Shown piece after piece: positions 18,902 through 28,062 of a stretch of DNA of 64,000 bases. This stretch comes from Candidatus Omnitrophota bacterium. GTDB lineage: Bacteria > Omnitrophota > Gorgyraeia > JAFGHF01. The number at the start of each line of letters is the position of its first letter. Position 1 is the stretch's first letter. The translations under genes and the position numbers were made by a program. Under the pieces are notes generated by a model that did not search any database, was not told the DNA's origin, and saw only the letters and a program-made list of their open reading frames with translations. The DNA lies in contig JAFGHF010000072.1 in assembly GCA_016939375.1 (NCBI GenBank), positions 229 to 64,228 on the forward strand. The letters are read 5' to 3'.

Positions 18902-20149
18902 TTAAGGGATCATGGTGAATATCTTTTTAGCGATATCGGGGTACCTAGCGATAAAGCGGAGTTCGTCATTGACCAAAGGTTTCTGAGTATGCACATTGGC
19001 ATAGCGCACTAACTCCAGTATCTTTGTGGCCTCTTTATCATCTTTGAATTTCACTTCCAGTCTCTCATAGACATTTCTAAAACCCTTTATGCCTGAATAT
19101 TCGCCGGCCGTAATCTTTCTTCCTGTTTCAATTATCTCTGGTTCTCCCCTGCCAAGTTCCTCATAGTCATAAAGCTCATAATTGCGGCGGTTTTTCAAGG
19201 CCCCGTCTGCATGAATACCGGATTCGTGAGCAAAGGCATTTGCCCCCACGCCGGGCTGGTTAATGGGGATCGGTACAGCGAAGGCATAAGAAGCATATTT
19301 GGTTATCTTCCAGGCACAGCCCAATTTAACTCTTTCGTCCAAAACATACTTTCCTTTTAGGCCACTGGAGTACTTAACCGCCAAGATAATTGAAACCAGG
19401 TCAGCGTTTCCGGCACGCTCGCCCATCCCGTTTACAGTTGTGTTTATAAAGGCATCTACGCCGGCATCATTGGCCGCTTTTGCAGCCATAACGGAAGTGG
19501 CTACCACCATACCTAGATCATTGTGGCAGTGGACTTCTATAGGAATTTTTACTGTGTTGGCCAGCTGGTATACCCGGTTATAGATCGTAATCGGGTCATC
19601 GTAGCCTAAAGTGTCACAGTATCGTATACGGTCGGCCCCGTTTTTTTTGGCTGCCAGGGCAAATTTTATAAGATAGCCCAGATCGGTGCGTGAGGCGTCT
19701 TCCGCATTTACCCCGATAGTCTTTATTCCTTTTTTTCGCGCCAGACGTAAGGCATCGGTCATCATCTTGATAATATCTTCTTTGGACTTGCGGCCCTGGA
19801 ATTTACCTTTAATCATTTGTTCCGAGGTCGAGATAGACATATTAAGGTGCTTTACTTTAGTTAGCTTTAAAGCCTTCTCCACATCCTGCTCGATTGCCCT
19901 AATCCAACCGCTAAGAATCATCGGCTTGATTAGACCAAGTCTGGCCAATTCCAGATTTGCGTTTAGATAGTTTGTCTCATGGCGGGTAACCGGAAAGCCG
20001 AATTCGCTCTGATAAACACCCATATCGTTTAAGAGTACATTTATCATGGTCTTCTGCAGTTTGGCTAATCCCAGTCGCGAGGTCTGCACCCCATCGCGAT
20101 TAGTCACATCAAGTATATATATTTTAGGCCTCTTCTTCATCTCCTTCAT
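18902..20149 (-). CDS. DRE-TIM acetyl-CoA condensing enzyme (homocitrate synthase-like; candidate Re-citrate synthase)
   Basis: DVTNRDGVQ, HCHNDLG, NGMGERAGNA, FAHESGIHADG; no LeuA regulatory domain. Confidence 0.75.
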   Translation of the reverse strand: MKEMKKRPKIYILDVTNRDGVQTSRLGLAKLQKTMINVLLNDMGVYQSEFGFPVTRHETNYLNANLELARLGLIKPMILSGWIRAIEQDVEKALKLTKVKHLNMSISTSEQMIKGKFQGRKSKEDIIKMMTDALRLARKKGIKTIGVNAEDASRTDLGYLIKFALAAKKNGADRIRYCDTLGYDDPITIYNRVYQLANTVKIPIEVHCHNDLGMVVATSVMAAKAANDAGVDAFINTTVNGMGERAGNADLVSIILAVKYSSGLKGKYVLDERVKLGCAWKITKYASYAFAVPIPINQPGVGANAFAHESGIHADGALKNRRNYELYDYEELGRGEPEIIETGRKITAGEYSGIKGFRNVYERLEVKFKDDKEATKILELVRYANVHTQKPLVNDELRFIARYPDIAKKIFTMIP

Positions 20150-20167
20150 TTGCCTCCTTCTACCTTC

Positions 20168-20267
20168 GCCTTGAGTACCTGTTTCCGCAGGTATATCCAG
20201 ACCTTAAGGAAACTAAGTACCAATAATAGCTCAAACGCCGTCAACACTAACAACCAAGAAAGGACAT
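20168..20267 (+). repeat. Dispersed ~100-bp element, full copy (B), opposite orientation to the other copies
   Basis: GCCTTGAGTACCTGTTTCCGCAGGTA...GTACCAATAATAGCTCAAACGCCGTCAACACT...AAAGGACAT; aligns with the reverse complement of 45757-45854. Confidence 0.92.
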
Positions 20268-21847
20268 CATAGATGGATTAACTTCGCATCATAAATGTTC
20301 TTGCACTTTTTGATTTTTTCTAACACCTTTTGTGGAATATCGCTGTCTACGTTCAATACCGAAATGGCATTGCCACCCAGTTTTTCCCGACCAAAGGTCA
20401 TCTCCGCAATATTGATCTTGCTTTCACCCAAAAGTGTTCCTATTTGCCCCACCACACCCGGTAAATCTTTATTTTTGATGACCAGCATATAACCTTTGGG
20501 GTGGGCCTCAACGTAATATTCGTTTATCTTCACTATCCTGGGGTCATTTTTGGCGAAGACCGTTCCCCAGACAGTCAAGTCTTCTTTGTCGGTCTTTGTC
20601 TTCACGGAAATGAGATTAGTGAAGTTTTCCACTCTATCTATTTTGGTCTCTTCAATAGTTATCTTTCTTTCCTTAGCCAAAACGCAGGCATTAATATAAT
20701 TTACTGTCTCACCCATAAAAGGCTCAAGCATGCCCTTGGCGCAGGCAGCGGTGATAGGGGCAGTATTATAGTTGCTTATCTCCCCGACATACTCAATTTT
20801 TAGCTTTGTGACATGGCCTGCACACAACTGACTTTGCAACGAGCCGATCTTCTCGGCCAAAGTCACAAAAGGCTGAACTATCTCAGCGATCTCCGGAGGT
20901 AAGGTCGAAGCATTAACTGCGTTTCTAATCCCCCTGTTTAAAAGCGCATCCGTCATTTGTTCGGCGATGTCTATCGCTACGTTTATCTGTGCCTCTTCTG
21001 TGGAGGCCCCCAGATGAGGCGTCATCACCACATTATTCAGTTTAAGCAATTCGCTTTCTAGAGGAGGCTCTTTCTCGAATACATCCAAAGCACAGGCAGC
21101 GACCTTTCCCGATTTTAGTCCTTTGAGCAACGCCCGTTCATCAATAATCCCGCCCCGGGCGCAATTAATCAGCTTCACGCCATCTTTCATCAGGGCGATT
21201 TCTTTATCGGATATCAAATGTTTCGTCTCCTTGGTCAAGGGCGTGTGCACGGTAATATAGTCGGCGCGCTTGAACAGATCCTTTAGGGTCGCCCCTTCTA
21301 TCTGCAGGGTCTTGACTTTATCTAATGAAAGGTAAGGGTCGAAGGCCACGATCTTCATGCCAAAGCTCATAGCCCTCCTTGCTACTTCCGTGCCGATCCT
21401 TCCCAGGCCGATCACGCCTAAGGTCTTCCCGTATAATTCCACACCCATGAACTTTTTTCTGTCCCACAGTCCGGCCTTTAAGGAAGCGTGGGCCTGGGGA
21501 ATGTTGCGCGAGAGAGCAAGGATCATGCTCATTGTATGTTCGGCCGTAGAAATAGTGTTGCCCCCCGGGGCATTCATTACAATGATGCCTTTGCGCGAAG
21601 CAGCTTCAACATCAACGTTATCCAAGCCTACGCCGGCCCGGCCGATGATCTTTAACTTTTTCGCCGCTTGGATAATATCTTTTGTAACCTTAGTACCACT
21701 GCGTACCACCAGGGCATCATAATCCCGGATTAGCTTCTTTAATTCCTCAGGGCCAAGGCCGGTCTTGACATCGACCTGGATTTTCTTCTCTTTTTGTAGA
21801 ATATCTAAACCCTCTTTTGCCAGTTTGTCGCTTACTAATACTTTCAT
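20267..21847 (-). CDS. serA: D-3-phosphoglycerate dehydrogenase
   Basis: GRAGVGLDN, GLGRIG, NCARGG, TPHLGAST.EAQ, ASB and ACT domains; start moved to ATG 21847. Confidence 0.96.
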   Translation of the reverse strand: MKVLVSDKLAKEGLDILQKEKKIQVDVKTGLGPEELKKLIRDYDALVVRSGTKVTKDIIQAAKKLKIIGRAGVGLDNVDVEAASRKGIIVMNAPGGNTISTAEHTMSMILALSRNIPQAHASLKAGLWDRKKFMGVELYGKTLGVIGLGRIGTEVARRAMSFGMKIVAFDPYLSLDKVKTLQIEGATLKDLFKRADYITVHTPLTKETKHLISDKEIALMKDGVKLINCARGGIIDERALLKGLKSGKVAACALDVFEKEPPLESELLKLNNVVMTPHLGASTEEAQINVAIDIAEQMTDALLNRGIRNAVNASTLPPEIAEIVQPFVTLAEKIGSLQSQLCAGHVTKLKIEYVGEISNYNTAPITAACAKGMLEPFMGETVNYINACVLAKERKITIEETKIDRVENFTNLISVKTKTDKEDLTVWGTVFAKNDPRIVKINEYYVEAHPKGYMLVIKNKDLPGVVGQIGTLLGESKINIAEMTFGREKLGGNAISVLNVDSDIPQKVLEKIKKCKNIYDAKLIHL

Positions 21848-21869
21848 TTCATGCTCCTCGACTAAAAAT

Positions 21870-23012
21870 TCATTTGATCTGGTTGGAAAAAACATTCTCG
21901 GCTGCCTGGATACCCTTGCCTAGCTCGACTTTATACCCTAACTCCGATAAAGCCAGCTCCAAAGCAGAAATGCCTGTTATGATATCGAAGGGCTCCATAT
22001 AACCAAGATGGGCAATGCGGATAATCTTCCCCTTTAAGTGCCCCTGCCCTCCGGCTATGCTTACCCCGTACTTCTTGCGCATCAATTTCACTAGTTGTGC
22101 GCCATCGATACCTTCGGGTACGCTGGCCGCCGTAACCACATTACAAAATGTATTTGAAAACAGCCCCAATCCCAAAGCACAAACAGCATTGCGCGTAGCG
22201 TCAGCAAGCATCTTGTGCCTTTTGAAGACGTTCTCCAACCCCTCTTCTTTAATCAGGCGCAAGGACTCTCTTGCCGCCACTATCAAAGAGACTGCCGGCG
22301 TATAAGCGGTGTCAGTCTTATCTAGGGATTTTTTCGCCTTTTTCATGTCCAAATAGTACTTGGGTAATTTGGATGTCTCCATTGCCTTGAGCGCTTTCTG
22401 GCTGAGACTGCAAAAGGAAAGCCCCGGAGGAAGCATCATCCCTTTTTGCGAGCCGGCCACAACACAGTCGACGTTCCAGTTATCGGTCTGCAGGTCTTCT
22501 GCGCCCAGGCCGCTTATCGCGTCTACGACTAAAACCGCATCGGTCTCTTTTACAATTTTACCGATCGCCTCGATATCCGTGACTACACCGGTAGAAGTCT
22601 CACAAAGCGTGGTAAATACTGCCTTGGCATCCTTGTGTTCCGCCAATATCCGCTGGACCTCACCAGCCTCTGCGCGTTTTCCCCATTCGACTTCGATAGG
22701 AATCACATTCACATTGTAGGCCTTGCAAAGCTCCACCCAGCGTTCGCCAAACTTACCGCCGCATATGGCGATAGCTTTATCCTCAGGCGAAAGAAGATTT
22801 ACTACGCTTGCCTCCATCGCCCCTGTACCCGATGCAGCGAATGTAACGACGCCGTTTTTTGTCTGAAAGAGGTACTTTAACCCTTCGTTGAATTCACCAA
22901 ATATCTTTCTGAACTCATCTGTACGGTGATGTATCATAGGCTGGGCGCAAGCCAAAAGTACTTCCGGTGGCAACGGAGTTGGTCCCGGCGTAAGTAAATA
23001 TTTTTTAGACAT
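21870..23012 (-). CDS. Class V PLP aminotransferase (AGT/SPT family; possible phosphoserine aminotransferase)
   Basis: LLTPGPT, SGTGAME, ETSTGV, DAIS, GSQKG; directly upstream of serA. Confidence 0.88.
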   Translation of the reverse strand: MSKKYLLTPGPTPLPPEVLLACAQPMIHHRTDEFRKIFGEFNEGLKYLFQTKNGVVTFAASGTGAMEASVVNLLSPEDKAIAICGGKFGERWVELCKAYNVNVIPIEVEWGKRAEAGEVQRILAEHKDAKAVFTTLCETSTGVVTDIEAIGKIVKETDAVLVVDAISGLGAEDLQTDNWNVDCVVAGSQKGMMLPPGLSFCSLSQKALKAMETSKLPKYYLDMKKAKKSLDKTDTAYTPAVSLIVAARESLRLIKEEGLENVFKRHKMLADATRNAVCALGLGLFSNTFCNVVTAASVPEGIDGAQLVKLMRKKYGVSIAGGQGHLKGKIIRIAHLGYMEPFDIITGISALELALSELGYKVELGKGIQAAENVFSNQIK

Positions 23013-23025
23013 CCTGGTTCTCCTT

Positions 23026-23640
23026 CTATTTCTTCTTTTTAGTTTTACTGCCTTCGATTACCTCATCCACAATGCCATATTCCTGGGCTTCCTTAGCAGA
23101 CATAAAGAAGTCTCTATCGCAATCCAATTTAATCTTATCTAAAGATTGGGAAGTATGTTTGACTAAAATATCATAAAGCTTATCCCTTAAAGTTAAAATT
23201 TCCTTGGCTTGAATGCTGATATCTGCGGCCGCCCCCTGAACTCCACCCCATGGTTGATGGATCATTACCCGGGCATGGGCAAGCGCATATCTTTTACCTT
23301 CGCTACCGGCAGCCAGAAGCACCGCCCCCATGCTAGTAGCCTGCCCGACACAATAAGTACATATATCCGGTTTTACAAACTGCATTGTATCATATATGGC
23401 CAACCCGGAAGTGACGATACCGCCCGGGGAGTTGATATATACATTGATATCCCTCTCCGGGTCCTCCATTTGCAAAAAAAGCATCTGAGCTATAACCATA
23501 TTCGCGATCACATCGTTAATAACGTTGCCGATAAAGACTATCCTGTCTTTAAGCAAACGTGAATAGATATCATACGCCCTTTCTCCTCTGGCGGTCTGTT
23601 CGACAACTATGGGAACTAAAGTCTGCCCGCGATTATCCAT
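23026..23640 (-). CDS. clpP: ATP-dependent Clp protease proteolytic subunit
   Basis: [31 protein letters not shown]. Confidence 0.97.
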   Translation of the reverse strand: MDNRGQTLVPIVVEQTARGERAYDIYSRLLKDRIVFIGNVINDVIANMVIAQMLFLQMEDPERDINVYINSPGGIVTSGLAIYDTMQFVKPDICTYCVGQATSMGAVLLAAGSEGKRYALAHARVMIHQPWGGVQGAAADISIQAKEILTLRDKLYDILVKHTSQSLDKIKLDCDRDFFMSAKEAQEYGIVDEVIEGSKTKKKK

Positions 23641-23678
23641 TTTGCCCTCCTTGATTTTGGCCTTTCGTAGTATCGGAC

Positions 23679-24704
23679 TTATCCTACGATATTTGCCTCT
23701 TTTAATAAAAGCTCGACTGTCTTAAAGTTTAGTATCTCTGCTTTTATGCTCGATATCAGGTTGTTCCGCTCTAGATAACTCCTTACCTCATCGGCGCTTT
23801 TGCCTGCACGCATGGAGATCTGGATTATTCTTTTCTGTAGATCTTCTTCTTCGACTTCGATATTTTCCCGCTTGGCTATCTCGTCAAGTATAAATGATAG
23901 GTTGACTCTACGGATGGCTTCTTTACGCGCCTGCTCTTCCAATTCCTTGTTTTTTGATTCGATTTCTTCGCTTTTTTTGCCGTGCAAAACATAATTAGTC
24001 TTGATCTGCTTCAATATCTCCTGGGACTCTCTGTTAACTAGCGATTCGGGCGTCTCCATAGATGTCTTCTTCAATAGCTGATCAAGTAATTGCCTTTCCA
24101 TGTCTGACTTGCTTTCTGCCTCAGCATTATCTTCCAGATTCTGCTTTATCTTCTGTTTTAAATCATCTAAAGATGCAAGGCCCATTTCTTTTGCTAAGGA
24201 GTCGTTTAGTTCAGGTAAAACCTTTTCTTTCTTTTGCTCGCCTGACACTTCGACTTCTTTGGCCTTTGCCTGCCTTATGTTCTGCAAGACCTCATCGACC
24301 TGAAGCTGACCCACTTCTTTTTTCTTTTTGACTATACGGATATCCTTATATGACTTTATCTTAGGCTGCGGCCGAACGTCGACTTTGGCCGAAAAACAAA
24401 GAGTGTTGTTTTTAAATTGGACGTTTTCAATTTCTGGCGCAGAAACCGGATCGATGTCTTTCTCTTGGACAGCTTTTAAATAGTACTGTGAAATAGCCCT
24501 TTTGACCATCTCCTCCTGAGCTGTCTTGGCGTAATAAGTCTCCAATAAATCCCTGGGGGCATGGCCAGGCCGGTACCCAGGGATGCGCGCGCTTTTACGT
24601 AAATCTGCATAAACAAAATCATAGGCCTGGGAGACCTCCTGCGGCTCTACCTCTATATTAAGTACTTTGTTGCAACCCTTGTTATTTTTTATTTCCGTTT
24701 TCAT
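23679..24704 (-). CDS. tig: Trigger factor without the FKBP PPIase domain
   Basis: PGYRPGHAP ribosome-binding loop, LPELND C-domain start, 341 aa, upstream of clpP. Confidence 0.9.
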   Translation of the reverse strand: MKTEIKNNKGCNKVLNIEVEPQEVSQAYDFVYADLRKSARIPGYRPGHAPRDLLETYYAKTAQEEMVKRAISQYYLKAVQEKDIDPVSAPEIENVQFKNNTLCFSAKVDVRPQPKIKSYKDIRIVKKKKEVGQLQVDEVLQNIRQAKAKEVEVSGEQKKEKVLPELNDSLAKEMGLASLDDLKQKIKQNLEDNAEAESKSDMERQLLDQLLKKTSMETPESLVNRESQEILKQIKTNYVLHGKKSEEIESKNKELEEQARKEAIRRVNLSFILDEIAKRENIEVEEEDLQKRIIQISMRAGKSADEVRSYLERNNLISSIKAEILNFKTVELLLKEANIVG

Positions 24705-24706
24705 CT

Positions 24707-25429
24707 TTACATCCTAAATTTTTCACCGAGATATATTTCCTTGGCCTTGGGGTCATTTATCAGGTCTTGAGCCGTGCCGGAAATAAGGATCTTTCCCTCG
24801 GCCATTATATAGGCCCTGTCGGTTATAGCCAACGTCTCTCTTACACTATGATCGGTAAGCAATACGCCCAGCCCTTTCTTCTTTAATTCTGTAATGATTT
24901 CCTGGGTCTCAAAGACCGCAATGGGGTCCACTCCGCTAAAAGGTTCGTCCAATAGAATGAAGCTTGGGTTGGTAACTAAGGCCCGCGTAATCTCCAATCT
25001 CCTTCTTTCTCCCCCCGAAAGCGTAGAGGCCCTGTTTTTTGCCAGGTAGGATATGTTTAATTCGGCCAGCAAACGCTTCAAGCGCCTCTTCCTTTCCTTT
25101 CGAGGAATATTCAGCGTCTCTAATATCGCCATTATGTTTTCTTCCACGGTCAATTTACGGAATACCGAAGTCTCTTGCGCAAGGTAACCGATGCCCCGGC
25201 GCGCCCGTTGATACATAGCAAGCCTAGTGATGTCCTGATCGTTGAAGATTATCTTGCCCTTATCGGGGGAAATCACACCCACGATCATATAAAAACTGGT
25301 GGTCTTGCCTGCCCCGTTTGGGCCCAAAAGCCCGACTACCTCTCCTTTTTGGACGGTTATGTTTATAGAATCTACTACGCGGCGGCCTCCATAGGCCTTA
25401 ATAAGTCCATTCGTCTTCAATAAATGCAT
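24707..25429 (-). CDS. lptB: LPS export ABC ATPase
   Basis: GPNGAGKTT, LSGGERRR, LLDEPFSGVDP, TDH, YLGEKF; start moved to ATG 25429. Confidence 0.96.
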   Translation of the reverse strand: MHLLKTNGLIKAYGGRRVVDSINITVQKGEVVGLLGPNGAGKTTSFYMIVGVISPDKGKIIFNDQDITRLAMYQRARRGIGYLAQETSVFRKLTVEENIMAILETLNIPRKERKRRLKRLLAELNISYLAKNRASTLSGGERRRLEITRALVTNPSFILLDEPFSGVDPIAVFETQEIITELKKKGLGVLLTDHSVRETLAITDRAYIMAEGKILISGTAQDLINDPKAKEIYLGEKFRM

Positions 25430-26534
25430 CTGTGTCTTCTTCCTCTTCGACTTCCAATTTTTCTTCTTCAGCTGACTCCTCTTGCTCGCTCTCTGAGCCA
25501 CCCATCAAAGAACTGAAGCCTTCGGTAGAAAAGATAACCAATTTTGGCGACCCGGTCAGAGTCAGCATGCCTGTTTCAGTGTCATAGATTGCTTTTTCGC
25601 TATAAGTAATATTTTCGCCATGGTGGATCTCCACATTTCCTATACATATGATTTTGTCTATGCCCATCCCTTCGATGCCTTCTACTTTCTTGCCGTCTTC
25701 TGAATCGGTGGCGAAATAGACATCCATTTGGTCGGCAAAGATCTCACCGCGCTCATCATTTACTTTCACATTATTGCGGAAAATCGCTATGTTGCTTTGA
25801 TAATCTACTTCCAGCGGGCCATTGCAAGTAATCACGGTAGCGGGAGCAAAGACTTCTGTCGTAGTCTCCCTGATGCCCTTTACGCCTTCTAATTCGCGCG
25901 TCACTGCCTCATCTTTTGTTAACGGCTCAGCCGTAGATTCAGCTTGCTCTAATTGCGAGGGGCCTTCTTGTGTCTGGGCATCCTCCTCAGGCAAGTTTAA
26001 CTCGACCACGACATCTTTCTTTAATTCAACGACGCCTAATGTCGGCTGCCCGACAATACCTTTACCCGATGCCTTCATCTTTCCCCTGGCCAACCATACG
26101 GGGGCCTCGCTAGAAAGTTTCTCTTGCTGGGCGTCCCAATCCAAATAGTCGGTCACCAAAGTAGCCCCGTCATCAGTCGTGGCTTTAACATTTTTTTCCA
26201 GATGTACGTTGTTATCCACCTTATTCAGGCTGCCTTCATCGGCTACGATGGTCATATTAGTGTCTTTGCCGTAAACTTTGCCGGTAACTTCGGTAAGGCT
26301 GATCTCCGCATCCATAATGTTGGCGCTTTTTCCCTCGAGGTCCCATTGCTTTTTGCCGCCTTTACTGTACCCGCTCACGGAAAAGCTGGAAAGCATCTCT
26401 TCCGGGGCCTCTTCCAATTCCTGTTGCGCAGCAAGTTCTGCCGCAGAAGGGCTTGCGCTTTCTTCTTCCCTATTGACCGAGCCGCAACTTGCGATTAAAA
26501 AAGACATTGCCAAAATTAAAAGCAGCTTCATCAT
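25398..26534 (-). CDS. Lipoprotein with tandem LptC-like and LptA/OstA-like beta-jellyroll domains
   Basis: Lipobox IASC; LptC-like (QWDLEGKSA...L..NV...DGATL.TD.L.W) then LptA-like (FRNNVKV...IFADQMDVY...GNVEI...A.YD....LTLTGSP); occupies the kdsC-lptC-lptA-lptB position. Confidence 0.8.
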   Translation of the reverse strand: MMKLLLILAMSFLIASCGSVNREEESASPSAAELAAQQELEEAPEEMLSSFSVSGYSKGGKKQWDLEGKSANIMDAEISLTEVTGKVYGKDTNMTIVADEGSLNKVDNNVHLEKNVKATTDDGATLVTDYLDWDAQQEKLSSEAPVWLARGKMKASGKGIVGQPTLGVVELKKDVVVELNLPEEDAQTQEGPSQLEQAESTAEPLTKDEAVTRELEGVKGIRETTTEVFAPATVITCNGPLEVDYQSNIAIFRNNVKVNDERGEIFADQMDVYFATDSEDGKKVEGIEGMGIDKIICIGNVEIHHGENITYSEKAIYDTETGMLTLTGSPKLVIFSTEGFSSLMGGSESEQEESAEEEKLEVEEEEDTDAFIEDEWTY

Positions 26535-26541
26535 GTTTTTC

Positions 26542-27063
26542 CTACTCTAAAAAACCAGCCGTCACCTTGCGCCACTTACCCTGAGCCCGTAATATGATCT
26601 CGATGATTTCTCTGACTGCGCCTTTACCGCCTTTTTTCCTGGTTACATAGTGGGCAGCCTTCTTGGCCTCTGCACAGGAATTGGATACCGCAACGGCCAA
26701 CCCCGCTTTCTTAAGCGCCGGCACATCCACTAAATCATCGCCGACAAAACAGACTTCGTCGTTTTTCAGCTTGTACTTTTTTAAGATGGCCGAAAGGGCC
26801 TTTCCTTTAGCAAGCGAATTTTGCTTGACTTCTACGGCCCCGATATCTTTTGCCCGTCTAAGCACCGCACCTGAGCCCTTTGCGGTAATAAGCGCTACCT
26901 TTATATCTGTCATTTTCAAAAGCGCCAGACCCATGCCGTCCAAAACATTAAAACACTTAAGCTCCTTGCCCCGCTCGTCATAAATTATCCGGCCGTCTGT
27001 CAGAACCCCGTCAATATCCAAGGCCAACATCCTGATTTTTTTTGCTTTCTCTTTAACAGACAT
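26542..27063 (-). CDS. kdsC: KDO 8-phosphate phosphatase
   Basis: DIDGVLTDG, FNVLDG.G, GDDLVD, GG.GAVRE. Confidence 0.94.
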   Translation of the reverse strand: MSVKEKAKKIRMLALDIDGVLTDGRIIYDERGKELKCFNVLDGMGLALLKMTDIKVALITAKGSGAVLRRAKDIGAVEVKQNSLAKGKALSAILKKYKLKNDEVCFVGDDLVDVPALKKAGLAVAVSNSCAEAKKAAHYVTRKKGGKGAVREIIEIILRAQGKWRKVTAGFLE

Positions 27064-27071
27064 ATTTCCTT

Positions 27072-27098
27072 TACCTGCGCAAAACAGCTACTCACGGC
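27072..27098 (-). repeat. Dispersed ~100-bp element, left-end copy (D)
   Basis: GCCGTGAGTAGCTGTTTTGCGCAGGTA matches the left end of copy B (GCCTTGAGTACCTGTTTCCGCAGGTA) at about 23/27 positions. Confidence 0.75.
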
Positions 27099-27102
27099 AT
27101 TG

Positions 27103-28062
27103 CTAGACTAACCCTGCCTTTAAGATATCTTGCACGTCTAAGAGGCCAATAGGCTTTCTTGTATTATCGACCACCGGCACTTCATCGATTTTTTTTGCTT
27201 GTAAGACCTTAAGGGCATCCACTGCCAGATCTTCGCCTTTGACCACTACAGGGTTCTTGGTCATCACTTGCTTGATCTTAAGACCGGTCAAATCGGTGTT
27301 CTGCTCGATATGACGGCGCAGGTCGCCGTCTGTAAAGATACCGCAGAGCCTACCCTGTTTATTTATTATAGTGGCGCTGCCTGCCCGGGCAGAGGTAATG
27401 GCTAACAACACGTCTTTAACCAAGGCATCTTCTTTTACCACAGGATTGCCTTTACCTGTGCGCATAATGTCTTTTACTTTCAAGAGAAGTCTTTTGCCCA
27501 GATTTCCTCCCGGATGATAGAAGGCAAATTCTTCTTTCTTCAGATCACTTCTTTCCAAGAGGGCCATTGACAAGGCATCCCCCATAGCCAACATAGCTGT
27601 AGTGCTGGCCGTAGGAACCAATCCCAAAGGACAAGCCTCCTCGTGCACACTGGTGTCTAAAACTATGTCGCTATTCTTGGCTAATGTAGATTTTAAGTTT
27701 CCCGTGAGACAAATAATCTTTACGCCCATTTTCCTGATCGAGGGCAATAGCCGCAAAAGCTCTTCCGTTTCCCCGCTGTAAGATATAGCTATGACTACAT
27801 CTGTTTTAGAGACTCTTCCCAAGTCGCCATGAATCGCCTCTGCCGGGTGCAGCCAAAGGCTGGGCCTGCCGATAGAAGATAGGGTCGCAGAGACCTTTTG
27901 ACCGATGATCCCACCCTTACCCATACCGGTCACTACGATCCTGCCTTTACATGAATGCAAAATCCTGACGGCCCTTTGAAAATCCCCGCCTAAACGGTTA
28001 ATCATATCGGCAATCGCCTTTGATTCTATTTTTAAAACTTCCTTTGCTCGCTTAATGGACAT
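27103..28062 (-). CDS. kdsD: Arabinose 5-phosphate isomerase (SIS plus CBS pair)
   Basis: TGMGK.G, EAIHGDLG, S.SGET.E, EAC...L.PTAST, HPGG.LG; ATG 28062 overlaps the kdsA stop. Confidence 0.94.
   Translation of the reverse strand: MSIKRAKEVLKIESKAIADMINRLGGDFQRAVRILHSCKGRIVVTGMGKGGIIGQKVSATLSSIGRPSLWLHPAEAIHGDLGRVSKTDVVIAISYSGETEELLRLLPSIRKMGVKIICLTGNLKSTLAKNSDIVLDTSVHEEACPLGLVPTASTTAMLAMGDALSMALLERSDLKKEEFAFYHPGGNLGKRLLLKVKDIMRTGKGNPVVKEDALVKDVLLAITSARAGSATIINKQGRLCGIFTDGDLRRHIEQNTDLTGLKIKQVMTKNPVVVKGEDLAVDALKVLQAKKIDEVPVVDNTRKPIGLLDVQDILKAGLV

Noticed and set aside
18902-20149. nifV as evidence of nitrogen fixation
   Set aside because: No nif genes are in the window; family membership does not define the substrate.
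20212-20247. Promoter carried by the dispersed element (TTGACG ... TATTAT)
   Set aside because: The spacing is only 10 bp and there is no good -10 at 16-18 bp.
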